DNA of 64,000 nucleotides. It comes from Batkoa obscura. Lineage: Eukaryota. The DNA is taken from positions 744,001 through 808,000 of the forward strand of contig JASVEC010000002.1 in assembly GCA_030770535.1 (NCBI GenBank), written 5' to 3'. Numbering within the stretch: position 1 is the first letter of the stretch; each line of letters opens with the position of its first letter. The position numbers and the translations under genes are program-made. Below the pieces are notes generated by a model. That model worked only from the letters and a program-made list of their open reading frames with translations. It was not told the DNA's origin and ran no database searches. Of this stretch, positions 50,736-62,591 are shown piece by piece.

Positions 50736-50841
50736 TATGAAGATGTATTTTTTACTTAGGAATTTTACTGATAGTCTTTCCATTCAAATGATGGGACTTG
50801 AAGATGGAAAAAGCAATGAAAGCCAAAAAAACACCTTAATA
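50736..50841 (+). mobile_element. MITE family A copy (diverged)
   Basis: TATGAAGATGTATTTTTT...GAATTTTACTGATAGTCTTTCCATTCAAAT...AATGAAAGCCAAAAAAACACC. Confidence 0.78.
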
Positions 50842-51205
50842 TGCTTTTTTATAAAACTGATTGCATTTAGACCCTTTTATTTTATTTTAACTTGGGGTTA
50901 AGTTTTTACACTGAATTTTTGAATTACATTAATATGTTAGTCAACATATATGTTATAAAAAGTAACAGCAAATTAAAATAAACCAAAGCATCTAATTGCA
51001 ATTAGTTCTATCAAATGAAAACATGAGAAAATGGCAATTTTCTCTCATATTATTTCAATATTAGCAACTTCAAATATGGGCATCTTATTTATGCCCAAAT
51101 AGAAATTACTTTTTGCAGAAAAAATTATTGGGACATGAATGCTCAAATAGTCCAACTGTATAAAGTAACTCTTACTTCAATATAGTTATATTAAAAATAT
51201 AAATA

Positions 51206-51306
51206 TATGAGAATGTTTTTTTTGGTTTCATTACTTTTTCCATTTTTTAAGTGCTATTTGAGCGGAAAGATTGTTAGTAAAATTCTTAAAAAAAGTACAC
51301 TCCTAT
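51206..51306 (-). mobile_element. MITE family A copy
   Basis: TATGAGAATGTTTTTTTTGGTTTCATTACTTTTTCCATTTTTTAAGTGCTATTTGAGCGG...TACACTCCTAT. Confidence 0.88.
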
Positions 51307-53378
51307 GTATATAATTATTATAGTCTAGACAACTTGTTGATATTTTCTTTTTTGTTCATAGTTTTTTAAATTGTTTATTAAATTTTTACAATATTAGTTA
51401 TTATTGAAACATCTTGTATTTTATTGCATAATTTATTTTAAAAAGATTTGTCAGTAATCATAGAAAAGAATTAAAAGTAAAACAAAATTTCTTGAATGAC
51501 ATTTGATAATTTAAGATAATTTTTCATCTCCTTTACTTTACTATCTACACCTTTTTCAAAAAGGGCGTATTTGAAAATATTCTAAACTTTTAAAATAACA
51601 AAATAACAAAATCGTTAAAACGTTATCCAACACTTTTAAAATACTTCTTTATATTGATCAATAACTATAAATCATTTTAAAAAAAACACGTTTTTGAGAT
51701 AACACCAGCTCATAGAGAATAGATAAGTGATTTTCAGCCCTATTTTAATATTGACTAAAAACTAAAGTAGAAGGTCAACCCCACAATGGCTGTTAGGATA
51801 AACAAATGCGTAAAAAATTAAAATTTTACAAATATAGTAAATTAAACTATAAAAATAATCGATTGAAATTGGTCTAAGATTAATAAAATTTTAAAACTAA
51901 TGATGATTATTACTGTTTATAGTTTAATATATTTAATAGTTAGTTTGTTTTTATACAAGAAATAGAATTTAAAGTTTTGTCATTGAAGTTTTAGCCCAAT
52001 CAAATAATATACATTAAAATAGTTAGTTTTTTATTTTTAATAATAGACTTTAATTAAGACAATTCAACTTTAAAAATTTATATTATAAAGATGGTATTTT
52101 TTAACTTTTAATTGACATATCTTTTAACATACTGTGATTTATTTAAAAAACATCAAGGCCTTTAGTCTTAGATAAGTTCGCTTTAAAATCATATCTTTAC
52201 TTGTAGTTATTGTTAGGCACATTAAAAGCTTTTTACTTTTTCAAGGATATAGAAATAATACCCTCATTTTTAATAATTTGCAATACAATGATTTAGAGCA
52301 GAAATAGTTCCTTCTTGGAATATTAATCTAAATGTTACATACCAGAATTTCCTATTTATTTCTATTTATTTAAACCACCCATGTGCTTCATCTACCATTG
52401 TTTTATGGGAATATTTTTAAAACCTTGAACCCAAAACTAGATATTTGTTAATTCTATAGTAGTATTTATTCATTTTTTTACTAGCTTGAAAACTTTGACG
52501 TTGACATTTATCTAATATTTCAAGATTTTTATTTATTAAATTTCTATGATATCAGTAATATATACATTAAAATATGCACCAATATATTTAACTCATTTAT
52601 AGTTATGTTCATTCAACAATCTTATGAATATTCTAAAGAATAAAAATGACGAACTTTTAATTAACGTAACTTTACAGGGACTTTTAAGATATAAATGGCT
52701 AATATATGAAATACAGTTTCCATAATTGTAATATTATGGGAATATAGGCACGATAACTTGATTAATAAAAAATTCTCTTTCCAAGATCATTGTTCCATTC
52801 TTTTATTAATAAAATGTATTGTATTCAAGTTTTATATTTGATTGTCAACATAAAGACTTTTTCTATAATAAACAATTACAATAGTTAAACTCTATGGATT
52901 TAAGAGATCTAATAATTTCTTTAAAAAATAAATTATTTTATTTTTGGCGGAGTAAACAGTAATATAACATACACCGTTATTTGGTTAATCTTTTGTTTAA
53001 AAAAGTTGAACTGCATATTTAGACTTTTTGAAAGCTAAATAATTTCCTCCTTAATTCCTTTACTTATGGCAAACCTTTAAAATGATTGGAAGTGCTCATT
53101 CTTTAGTACAGACTAATAAAGTTGTTCATTCAAATAGGATCAAATGATTTCATTGGTTGATTACTGGTATTTTGGGGTTTATCGAATTTAGGTATAAATA
53201 TTAATTTAGTTCTCATCCACAAAAGTAATTCTTTTTTAATCAACTTAATAGTGTATTTTAATAACATTAGAAAATATCTATTAAACATTTTGTTTTAAAG
53301 TATCACGATAACTATCTTTTTTGTTGTTTAATAGTATAAAACTAATATATATTTACCTAATTTTTCAAATAATTTAAA

Positions 53379-56300
53379 ATGAAACCTTTTGAATTAAAAG
53401 GTTTATTTTTCTTGTCCGATTGGTTTTATCTATGGGTATTTCCTTTAGTTGGTGCTCTTCTTCGCACTGATCTCAAACAAATTCAAATCCTTTTGGCCAA
53501 AACCGAAAGAGCGGGGATTAATGGTGATAGTTTGGAGGCAGCTTGGCAAGATGAACAAGCTAACAATGCTAAATCACCATCTATTTTAAGATCTCTTTAT
53601 AAGGTTTATGGTAAAGCTTATATTTTAGTCGGTATTTGGAAATTAGTTTGGGCTCTTTTCACATGGTTGGGTGCTTATTATTTCCTTCAAGTTTCACTTC
53701 AATACTTTGATAAAGTTAATTTCAACTGGAGTGAAACCGCTGGTTATCTGTTCACTCTTGCTCTTTTCCTTTCTTCATTATTTAGTTCCATTGCTATCCA
53801 TCAACTTTATGGTCAATGCTCTCGTATTGGAATCCAAATCAAATCAGCTCTTACCGTTTTAGTTTACAGAAAATCACTTATGTTATTCAGAGTTAAAGGT
53901 GGTGCTGGTGAGGTTATTAATGTACTTTCCACTGATGTTTCACGTATCACTGAAGCTGTAACTAATTTACATTTCCTTTGGTCTGCTTTAGTTGAAGCTA
54001 TTTTGATTCTTGGTATTTCCTTTGGTTTAATAGGGGTTGCTGCTTTTCCAGCTCTCGGTATTGTTATAATTCTTCTTCCTTTACAATACTATCTCGGTAA
54101 GAAAACTTCCGATCTCCAAGTCCAAAATACTGCCATTACTACTCATAGAGTTCATCTTATGTCAGAAATCTTGACTGCAATTAAATTGATTAAATTCTAT
54201 GCCTGGGAACAACCATTCTCTGAGAGAATTAACGAAATCCGTAAAAAAGAAATTAATCTTATTAAGCGTACAATGCAAATCAAGGCTATTAACTTTGCTG
54301 TTGTGTTTGCGGTTCCTGTTATTGTTGCACTCTTATCATTAGTCACATTAACCTATACCAAGGAAAAACCATCTGCGTCAATTGCGTTTACTATCCTTTC
54401 TGTTTTCAACACTTTACGTTATCCTTTCCTTATGTTACCTATGGCTGTAAAGAGTTACTCTGGCTCAATTTTATCAATTAAACGTTTAAATGAATTTTTC
54501 ACTCAACTTGAAATTGAAGGTTATGATCTTAACCAAAAGTCAGACCATCCAGAACTTGCTATTAAAATGAACGAATCTTCTTTCTCATGGGAAGAAAATG
54601 ATGATCACCCACCATTTTTACAAGATCTTAAACTAGATATAAAACATGGTGAGCTTATTGCCGTTATTGGTGATGTTGGTTCAGGTAAATCGAGTTTAAT
54701 CGCAGCTATCCTTGGTCAAATGAGACAAGTAGGTGGTGAACGTTTAAAAGTTTACGGAAGTGTTAGTTATGTTCCTCAAGAAGCTTGGTTACTTAATATG
54801 ATACTTCGTGAAAACGTAACCTTTGGAAAAGAGTTTGACAAGGCTCATTATGATGAAACAATTAAAGTTTGTGCTTTGGAAAGAGATTTAACTTTATTAG
54901 TTGCTGGTGATCAAACTGAAATTGCAGAACGTGGTTCTAATCTTTCTGGTGGACAAAGACAACGTGTATCCTTAGCACGTGCTGTCTATAACTTTGGTGA
55001 TATTATTCTTTTAGATGATCCTCTTAGTGCAGTAGATCAAAACGTTGGTAGACATATTTTTGAGCAATGTATTAAAGGAAAGCTTTCTGAGAAAACAGTT
55101 ATTTTTGTTACTCATGCACTCCAATATTTACCTCAAGTGGACCGTATCATTGGAATGAAGGATGGTAAAATTAATAAAATTGGTACCTATGATGAGTTAA
55201 TGGCAAAAGATGAAGAATTTAAGAACTTGATCAATTCACATGTTGCATCTGGAGAAGAAAGTGATGAAATTGAGATTGAACATGCTGACCCTTCTAATGA
55301 AAAGGCTGTTGACAACACTATTTTAAATCAACTTTCAATTCAAGATAGAACTCAGTTATCAATCCGTGCTGATAACCGTGATATTAATGAGGCCACCATT
55401 TCTTCAATTATTGAAAAGAATCAATTATCTGTTCTTCAAGGTCAAATTCAAGGCCATGATGTTGCCGCTGCCATCCAACGCAATCAGCTTACTGTTCACT
55501 CTTTAGTTGAAGAAAAGAAAGAGATCTCTGTTGAACCTAAATCTAAAGAAGAGGATGATGCTAAGAAAGGAGCTTTAGTAACTGAAGATCTTTCTGCCTC
55601 AAAGATGGGTATACAGGATGTTATACTTTATCTTACTGCTGGTTCCGGCGTAATCATTACTGTCAGTATTTTCGCATACTTCTTCTTAGTTCATTGTGTA
55701 CGTTTATTCTCTGATTTCTGGCTCAACTTCTGGATTCCAAATCGTCTTAACTTTGATCCAAAACTCAGCCTTGATACCATCTATTTGGCATCTTATGCTG
55801 CTTTCACACTGGTATTTACTTTTGGTGTATTGACTCGTGGTTTAGCATTTGCCTATGAAGCTGCTAAGAAAGCACACGTTCTTCATGATGATATGTTTGC
55901 TTCAGTAATGATGGCTCCAATGGGATTCTTTGATACTACCCCTCTCGGTCGTATTCTTTCTGCTTTCTCTAAGCATCAATTCCATGTAGATGATACAATG
56001 CCAGATGCTCTTATGCAATCTTTACAATATGCTCCATTAGCTGCCGGTGCTTTAGTATTAGTAGCTGCTGTTGTATACTGGCCCAATGCTGTTGCTACTA
56101 TTATTCTTGTAATCATTGGATTTAGTTTAGTATATTTCACCACTCCAGCTGAAACCAAACTTAAACAATTAGAAGCAGTAACAAAACCTCCAATTTATGC
56201 ACATTTAACTGCTACTCTTGAAGGTTTATTTTCTATCCGTGCTTACCATGCCCAAAACAGATTTGATTCAATTAATATTACACTTTTAGATGATAATCAT

Positions 56301-57485
56301 AAAAATCTATACGCCCTTCAAACTATGAAAACATGGGTCGCCTTCTATCTTGATGTGTTATCCTCATTCATTGTATTTTTTACTGCATTGTTCCTTGTCA
56401 TGTTTTCAGATACAAACAATCCAGCCCAAGCTGCCTCTAATGCAGGTTTAGCTCTTTCAAATGCTTTACAGATGTTAGTGTTCTTACAATGGACCATCCG
56501 TATGGTAGGTGATGTACAATCTCAAATGGGTAGTGTAGGACAACTTGTATATTATGGTAGAGATATTCCAGCTGAAGCACCACATGAAATAGCTGAAACA
56601 AAACCACGTGCAACCTGGCCAGAAAATGGAGTAATTGAGTTCAAGAATGTAGTACTTAGATATCATAAATTTGGTGTTAATGTTCTCAAAAATGTAACTT
56701 TTACTATTCGTGAACGTGAAAAGATTGGTATTGTAGGACGTACTGGTTCAGGTAAATCTACTTTACTTATTTCATTACTTCGAATTGTCGAAGCTGCTGA
56801 AGGACAAATCCTTATTGATGGTGTTGATATTTCCAAAATTGGTTTAAGAGATCTTCGTACAAAGGTAGCCATTATTCCACAAGAACCAGTTCTATTCGTT
56901 GGGTCTATTCGTTCTAATTTGGATCCATTCAATACAAGCACTGATCTCGAAATTTGGAAAGCTTTAGATTCAGTTCATCTTTCTGATAAGATTCGTCAAA
57001 TGCCCAACCAGCTTGATTCTGAAGTCATAGAAAACGGAAAGAATTTCTCATTAGGACAACGTCAATTATTCTGTATTGCACGTGCAGTACTTTCTAAATC
57101 CAAAATTTTAGTATTAGATGAAGCCACAGCTGCTATTGATATGGCTACTGATCTTTTAATCCAAAATGCTATCCGTGAGAACTTTGCTGATTTAACTGTA
57201 CTTACTATTGCTCATCGTCTTAACACAATTATTGATTCTGATAAAGTGTTAGTTATGGATGGTGGTAAAGTGATGGAATTTGATGAACCAATTAAGTTGC
57301 TTAATAAAGAAGATGGTTCTTTTGCTTCTTTAGTAGCCCAAACTGGTGAAGCTACAGCTCAAAAACTTAGAGAAATAGCACAAGAATCTAGCGATTCCCG
57401 TAGGGCTAGGTTAGGTATAACTGATGATCAAGATGATCACCATCCTGTTCTCTCTTCTGTATTCGTAGATCCTAAACAAGAATAA
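53379..57485 (+). CDS. ABCC/MRP-type full-size ABC exporter (TMD-NBD-TMD-NBD, no TMD0), intronless
   Basis: NBD1: GDVGSGKSS, LSGGQRQR, LLDDPLS. TMD2: FFDTTPLGRI. NBD2: GRTGSGKST, NFSLGQRQL, LDEATA, TIAHRL. Confidence 0.95.
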   Translation: MKPFELKGLFFLSDWFYLWVFPLVGALLRTDLKQIQILLAKTERAGINGDSLEAAWQDEQANNAKSPSILRSLYKVYGKAYILVGIWKLVWALFTWLGAYYFLQVSLQYFDKVNFNWSETAGYLFTLALFLSSLFSSIAIHQLYGQCSRIGIQIKSALTVLVYRKSLMLFRVKGGAGEVINVLSTDVSRITEAVTNLHFLWSALVEAILILGISFGLIGVAAFPALGIVIILLPLQYYLGKKTSDLQVQNTAITTHRVHLMSEILTAIKLIKFYAWEQPFSERINEIRKKEINLIKRTMQIKAINFAVVFAVPVIVALLSLVTLTYTKEKPSASIAFTILSVFNTLRYPFLMLPMAVKSYSGSILSIKRLNEFFTQLEIEGYDLNQKSDHPELAIKMNESSFSWEENDDHPPFLQDLKLDIKHGELIAVIGDVGSGKSSLIAAILGQMRQVGGERLKVYGSVSYVPQEAWLLNMILRENVTFGKEFDKAHYDETIKVCALERDLTLLVAGDQTEIAERGSNLSGGQRQRVSLARAVYNFGDIILLDDPLSAVDQNVGRHIFEQCIKGKLSEKTVIFVTHALQYLPQVDRIIGMKDGKINKIGTYDELMAKDEEFKNLINSHVASGEESDEIEIEHADPSNEKAVDNTILNQLSIQDRTQLSIRADNRDINEATISSIIEKNQLSVLQGQIQGHDVAAAIQRNQLTVHSLVEEKKEISVEPKSKEEDDAKKGALVTEDLSASKMGIQDVILYLTAGSGVIITVSIFAYFFLVHCVRLFSDFWLNFWIPNRLNFDPKLSLDTIYLASYAAFTLVFTFGVLTRGLAFAYEAAKKAHVLHDDMFASVMMAPMGFFDTTPLGRILSAFSKHQFHVDDTMPDALMQSLQYAPLAAGALVLVAAVVYWPNAVATIILVIIGFSLVYFTTPAETKLKQLEAVTKPPIYAHLTATLEGLFSIRAYHAQNRFDSINITLLDDNHKNLYALQTMKTWVAFYLDVLSSFIVFFTALFLVMFSDTNNPAQAASNAGLALSNALQMLVFLQWTIRMVGDVQSQMGSVGQLVYYGRDIPAEAPHEIAETKPRATWPENGVIEFKNVVLRYHKFGVNVLKNVTFTIREREKIGIVGRTGSGKSTLLISLLRIVEAAEGQILIDGVDISKIGLRDLRTKVAIIPQEPVLFVGSIRSNLDPFNTSTDLEIWKALDSVHLSDKIRQMPNQLDSEVIENGKNFSLGQRQLFCIARAVLSKSKILVLDEATAAIDMATDLLIQNAIRENFADLTVLTIAHRLNTIIDSDKVLVMDGGKVMEFDEPIKLLNKEDGSFASLVAQTGEATAQKLREIAQESSDSRRARLGITDDQDDHHPVLSSVFVDPKQE

Positions 57486-57721
57486 TTCAAGTTAAAATAA
57501 TAATAATAATAATAATAAAATTTTCCTGTTTTAATACTACAAATAATAATATTTATAATTAGATTTGATGAGTTTTATAGTCTTTTATTGTTCTTAAAAG
57601 TTCAATTTTAAAATGTTTAGTGATATTTAAAATTTTTCTTATAATTCATTTTTTGCTTATTTTTGACTTTATTTATTATCAAAAATACTACAGTTTATTT
57701 AAATTTATTTCAGAGATATAA

Positions 57722-57827
57722 TATGAGGAGGTATTTTTTCATTTAAGAATTTACTAACAATTTTTCCACTTTTAAATAACACTTAAAAGTTAGAAAAAGT
57801 AGTGAAATTAAAAAAACATCCTTCATA
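57722..57827 (+). mobile_element. MITE family A copy downstream of ABCC
   Basis: TATGAGGAGGTATTTTTT...AAGAATTTACTAACAATTTTTCCAC...AAAACATCCTTCATA. Confidence 0.82.
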
Positions 57828-58014
57828 TGTTGACAATCTTACAATTAATAATTCAAATTTGTCTTGTATAGAAAACAAATAACAAAATGAAAGATATTCC
57901 CACACAAGCCCTATAAAGTTTGTACCTAAGGTAAGCTAGAGTTTTGAAAAAAATATAATATTCTAAAATAACAATGGAGTAAAAAAGATTATCCCTTTTT
58001 ATTAAAAAAAAGCA

Positions 58015-58119
58015 TTTGGGAGTGTTTTTTTTGACTTTATTGTTTTTTCCCATTTTTTAAGCGCTATTTAAACAGAAAAATTGGCAGTAAAATTCTTAAA
58101 CACAAAAATACATCCTCAT
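58015..58119 (-). mobile_element. MITE family A copy abutting the P450-2 stop codon
   Basis: TTTGGGAGTGTTTTTTT...AAGCGCTATTTAAAC...AAAATACATCCTCAT, immediately followed by TTA (the minus-strand stop, 58120-58122). Confidence 0.87.
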
Positions 58120-60060
58120 TTACTCACATTTAAAAGGATAGATATTGATTGATTTCTTTGGTGCATTAACGAGATATAATTTGGATTTTATATCCTCCTC
58201 ATCTTTCAACTTAAAAGTAAAGTTATAAACCAATGATGCTATAGCCAAATAAAGTTCCATCCAAGCTAAACTAAGAAATATACTAATATTAATTCTAATA
58301 TTACATGTCAGCCAAATGAAAATAATATTACTTTCTTCCAATACATGCTCTTGGGCCAATTAAAAATGGCATAAAATTTTTATGTAGTTGGAATTTGTCA
58401 TTTTCATCAAGCCATCGTTCTGGTTTAAATACGTTAGGCTCCTCCCAATACTCGGGATTATTTTGAAGATAATTTATATCAATATTAACAACCGTCTATT
58501 TAAAAACAATGTATCACTATTATCATATCGTTATGTTCTTTAAAAAATACCTTTTCTGAAATAAAATAACCATCAATTACTTTACCACCTTTTGGTACTA
58601 ATCTAGGTAAACCGCAAGGTACAACTGGAAACATTCTTAAACCTTCATATAATACTGCACGTAAATAATCACATTCTTCTTTGCATTTAACAAAATTTAT
58701 TTGACTTTGATTTTCGAATCGTTCTTTTAAATGATTCTGTAATTTCATATAAATCTGTGGATGTTTAATTAAAAGATAAAGTATCCTATTAAATAGCTTA
58801 ATATAAATAAATAAACTATGCTTGAAATAATACCATGTTAATGAATTGGATGTTGTATCGGATCCTGCGATTCTACATAACCTATTAGTATATTTACTGC
58901 TTATAATAATTGTTATGCTTACAATTGAAGGAGAGATTCTTCTACTATTTCTTTTTCACTGAGTTTTTTCCCTGTGTCTGCATCGGAAGCATTGATTAAT
59001 GTATTTAGAATGGTAGTTTTATATGAATTCCCTTTTGAACTTTCGATAGCTTCATATGAAAACTAATAAAATATTATTAATTTTATTTATTATTTATTTA
59101 TGGTAATTAAATTACTTTATAGAGTTGAGTTATAGTCTTAAATTTATAGTATTTTAAGAATGGAAATGTTGCTACCTTGAAACGATCATTATTTAGTTAT
59201 TGCAATTACTAATATTAATTATTATTACCATAAGAGATATTAAAATAAATTGTTTAATCCAATCAATAACAGGATGATGACCATTTTTCAATATATTAAA
59301 ATGTTGACCAAAAGCCAAGTCACCAATAACGTCCTAATTAAATATGTTTGATAATTTGATATAATTAAATAATAATAGTATTACAAATGAAAAACAATGA
59401 AAATAAAGACCTAGATCAAAGCATTTGTTGTTTGAACTCCCCTCTTCAACCTTTGTAATTAAATTATTAACATTTTCCTTTACTAGATATTCAACATCTA
59501 ATATTGCTTTATCTGAAAAACTTGAGGAAAGTATTTTTTTCTAAATATACTATTTAATAACTGTTTGCTATCTATATAAAATGATTACTCTTTCACGATG
59601 AAATTCCCTATTCCTATATAAACTTAATAAAAATAGTAACAACACGCTCATGAATTCTATTTACCTAGTGCTAAATATAGTTTCGCCAATAACTTGAATA
59701 CCATCATAAAACGTTGCTTTTTCAAAAGAATAAGTAGAATGGACTTCTTTTGCTGCACTATCAGATGCAATGGATAGTTCGTTCCAACCTTAAAAAATAG
59801 TTTTTATTTAATATTCGTAGTAAAATAACACTATTACTTATTCGAACAATATTCCCATACTTTTGATGTAATTTTGTTGAATATAAATGATAATTACCGC
59901 TAAAGGTATAAATTAAATGAATTATTGGAAAGATTAAATTAATTGATGGTCCTGGTACTTTCCTTAGTGGGTTAAAAAATATATTGTAAACTATATTATA
60001 TATCCAATAGGCTATTAAAACAACTATTATATAACACAATATTAATGATAGTGTAATCAT
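58120..60060 (-). CDS. Cytochrome P450 (paralog 2), about 10 introns
   Basis: TM anchor, NPLRKVPGP, AGSDTT, EGLR, FKPERW, FMPFLIGPRACIG. Intron positions match paralog 1 except for the first intron. Confidence 0.92.
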
Positions 60061-61272
60061 TTTTTTACTTTTTTTTGTTGAAATTGCTTTAATTTATACT
60101 TATAAATTTGAGGCCTGGATTTAAAATCTCCATATTTGATTTTTCATCCACACTTATTTATTTTCAAGTATGATAAATGTTGATTCAAATTAAAAATATT
60201 AATTAATTTTATTCCCTATACTTTTTAAAGAAAATAAAAATAATCCGTTTTTAATTAGACAAATAATTACAAATATACATATATTCTTATTAAACTATTA
60301 TAATAGAGTCAATATCAATCCCCTCTAATTTTTTTAAAATATATATCTAAGGCAAAACGGTATTTATAAAAGTAATAGAAAATAAACTTAGGACTTTAAA
60401 ATTTGAAAATGACATCTTAAAAATTCTGGAATTTTACATCATTTTTGATCATAAGCTTAATAAAAAAGGTTGATATTATTTCATATGTAACATGGTTTTT
60501 TAAATATAAACTATTATTAAAAAACCTTCTGATAATTCAAAAACAATAAAATAAAGCTAATACTAAATAAACGGACTTATTTTTACCTAAGGGATAGGCT
60601 TTTTTTTGAGTACTTGTGAAATTTCCAATGTAAGCAAAAATATAATAATAGAGGTTTTGATTTGTAGCTGTTGTAGCTTTACTATGAATTAGTTTGCAAT
60701 AATTTTTAAGTCCAATTGTTTGTTTATTTGATTTTTTAAAGTATGATTTTGAAAAAGTTCCATTTATAAAAAGGGTTAAAATCCAATCACAATAAAAGTG
60801 CAACAGCTATTTTATATTTAAAATAAAGAAATTTCAAATTAAAGTATTTATTAGTAACAAGTCTATATATAACTGCTATCACTAGTTTAATTGCAGTTTA
60901 TAATATTATATTTAATTATTTTTTTTCAAAATACTGAGTTACTTGATTTTACTAGTCATTAGTTTATTAACTTTAGTTTAACTAATTTAATACAGTTTTA
61001 TTAGTTTATAAACAAATACTTATAATGATTATTTCTTCAAACATTAATATAAATAAACTATTTTAAAAGCTGTTAATTATTAACTATTATTTGCACAAAC
61101 CAATTGTAGTTTTATTAACTTTTATTATAATATTTTTTCTAAAATCTATTATGTTTAGTTTTAATAAACTTATTTTTATTTTTAGGTATTTCTACTTTGG
61201 TAGCTTTTTTATATAGTTTGTAGTTATTACAAATTATTTTTTAAACTAAACATCAAATTTTAAGTTTCATAG

Positions 61273-61376
61273 TATGGGGATGTATTTTATTATTTGAGAG
61301 TTTTACTAACACTTTTTCCGCTCAAATAGCGCTTAAAAAATGGAAAAGTAATGAAACCAAAAAAAACATCCCCATA
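61273..61376 (+). mobile_element. MITE family A, best-preserved copy
   Basis: Perfect 11-bp inverted termini TATGGGGATGT / ACATCCCCATA, counting the presumed TA target-site duplication. Confidence 0.92.
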
Positions 61377-62486
61377 TATATTAAACTATTTACTATATTT
61401 TAGTAGATTATTTATTTTATAATAAGGAACTTGCTAAATTAATCATTGATTTTTAATTACACTTGTCTTTAACAGATTTTTGAAAATATTAGATCAAATT
61501 TTTATCAACCTTTTACTTTTCATTCCTCAAAAACATGAGAGAAAATTAGATTAAATATCTGTTTATAAATTAAAATCAAACAAATACTGAGCTGCTTGGG
61601 GTTTCACCAGTCATTAGCTTATTAACACTAGTTTAGTTAAATTAGCCATGGTCTTAGTCAAACTAACAATATGCTTATTAGAGACGATTTTAAAATATAA
61701 ACTGAGAATACGAAAATTTTGCTAAATTTAAAATTGCAGGTTTTAAAATTCTATTAAGATCAAATGAAACAAGATCTAAATCTTGTTCATAGCTATTTAT
61801 TTATTAAAAAAATTCAAACAAACTAAGAATGTTTCTATAATAATTTTACTGAAGTGAGCAATAAAAAATCCCAATTACTTTTATGTTTGTATAAAATAGT
61901 AGGATTTGGTAATAAAAATCTAAATTTTCCTATAAAAATCGATTATCTTATATAAATCTAAAAGTGATTTAGAATCCCATATTCAATAGGAGATTTTACA
62001 AAGTTTTTGATTGACTACTAATTACAAGCAATTGCAAAAAACTCCAAAATTTACAAATACTACTAAAAAATAAAATGAGTTTGACAGGAATTATTTTTAA
62101 CAGTATTTGGCACTTTATTTAGTTTTTTGCTGATAATTTCTTAACATTCGGTTAATAAAACTTAAAAAGATTTAGTTTTAGTAAGAGTTTTTAAATCACT
62201 TTTTATAATAGCTCTTGAATTCTTAAAGAGACTGTATTTAGTATTGGGTAGATATAATTTAATATTGAGTACTACTTAACAAACTAAAATTCTATAAAAA
62301 TAGAGAACTTTGTTGAGAAAGAGAAATCGTTTTTATATAAATATCAATTTAGAGTATTTTCAACCTATTATGGTTACCAAGAAAATAAATTGAACAAATT
62401 GTTGTAGAATTCTCAATACAACTGTTTCAGCTTTGTTGTGACTTGACCCCGTTTTTTAAGAATAAAGTTTTGTTAAAATCAGGCGC

Positions 62487-62591
62487 TATGGGGGTGTATT
62501 TTTATGTTTAAGAATTTTACTAACAAATTCTCTGCTCAAATAGCGCTTAAAAAATGAAAAAAGTAATGAGGCCAAAAAAATATCCCTTATA
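62487..62591 (+). mobile_element. MITE family A copy
   Basis: TATGGGGGTGTATTTT...CTCAAATAGCGCTTAAAAAATG...AAAATATCCCTTATA. Confidence 0.88.

Noticed and set aside
50925..51105. Several short imperfect hairpins between the inverted MITE pair
   Set aside because: Stems of 7-10 bp are expected by chance in very AT-rich DNA.
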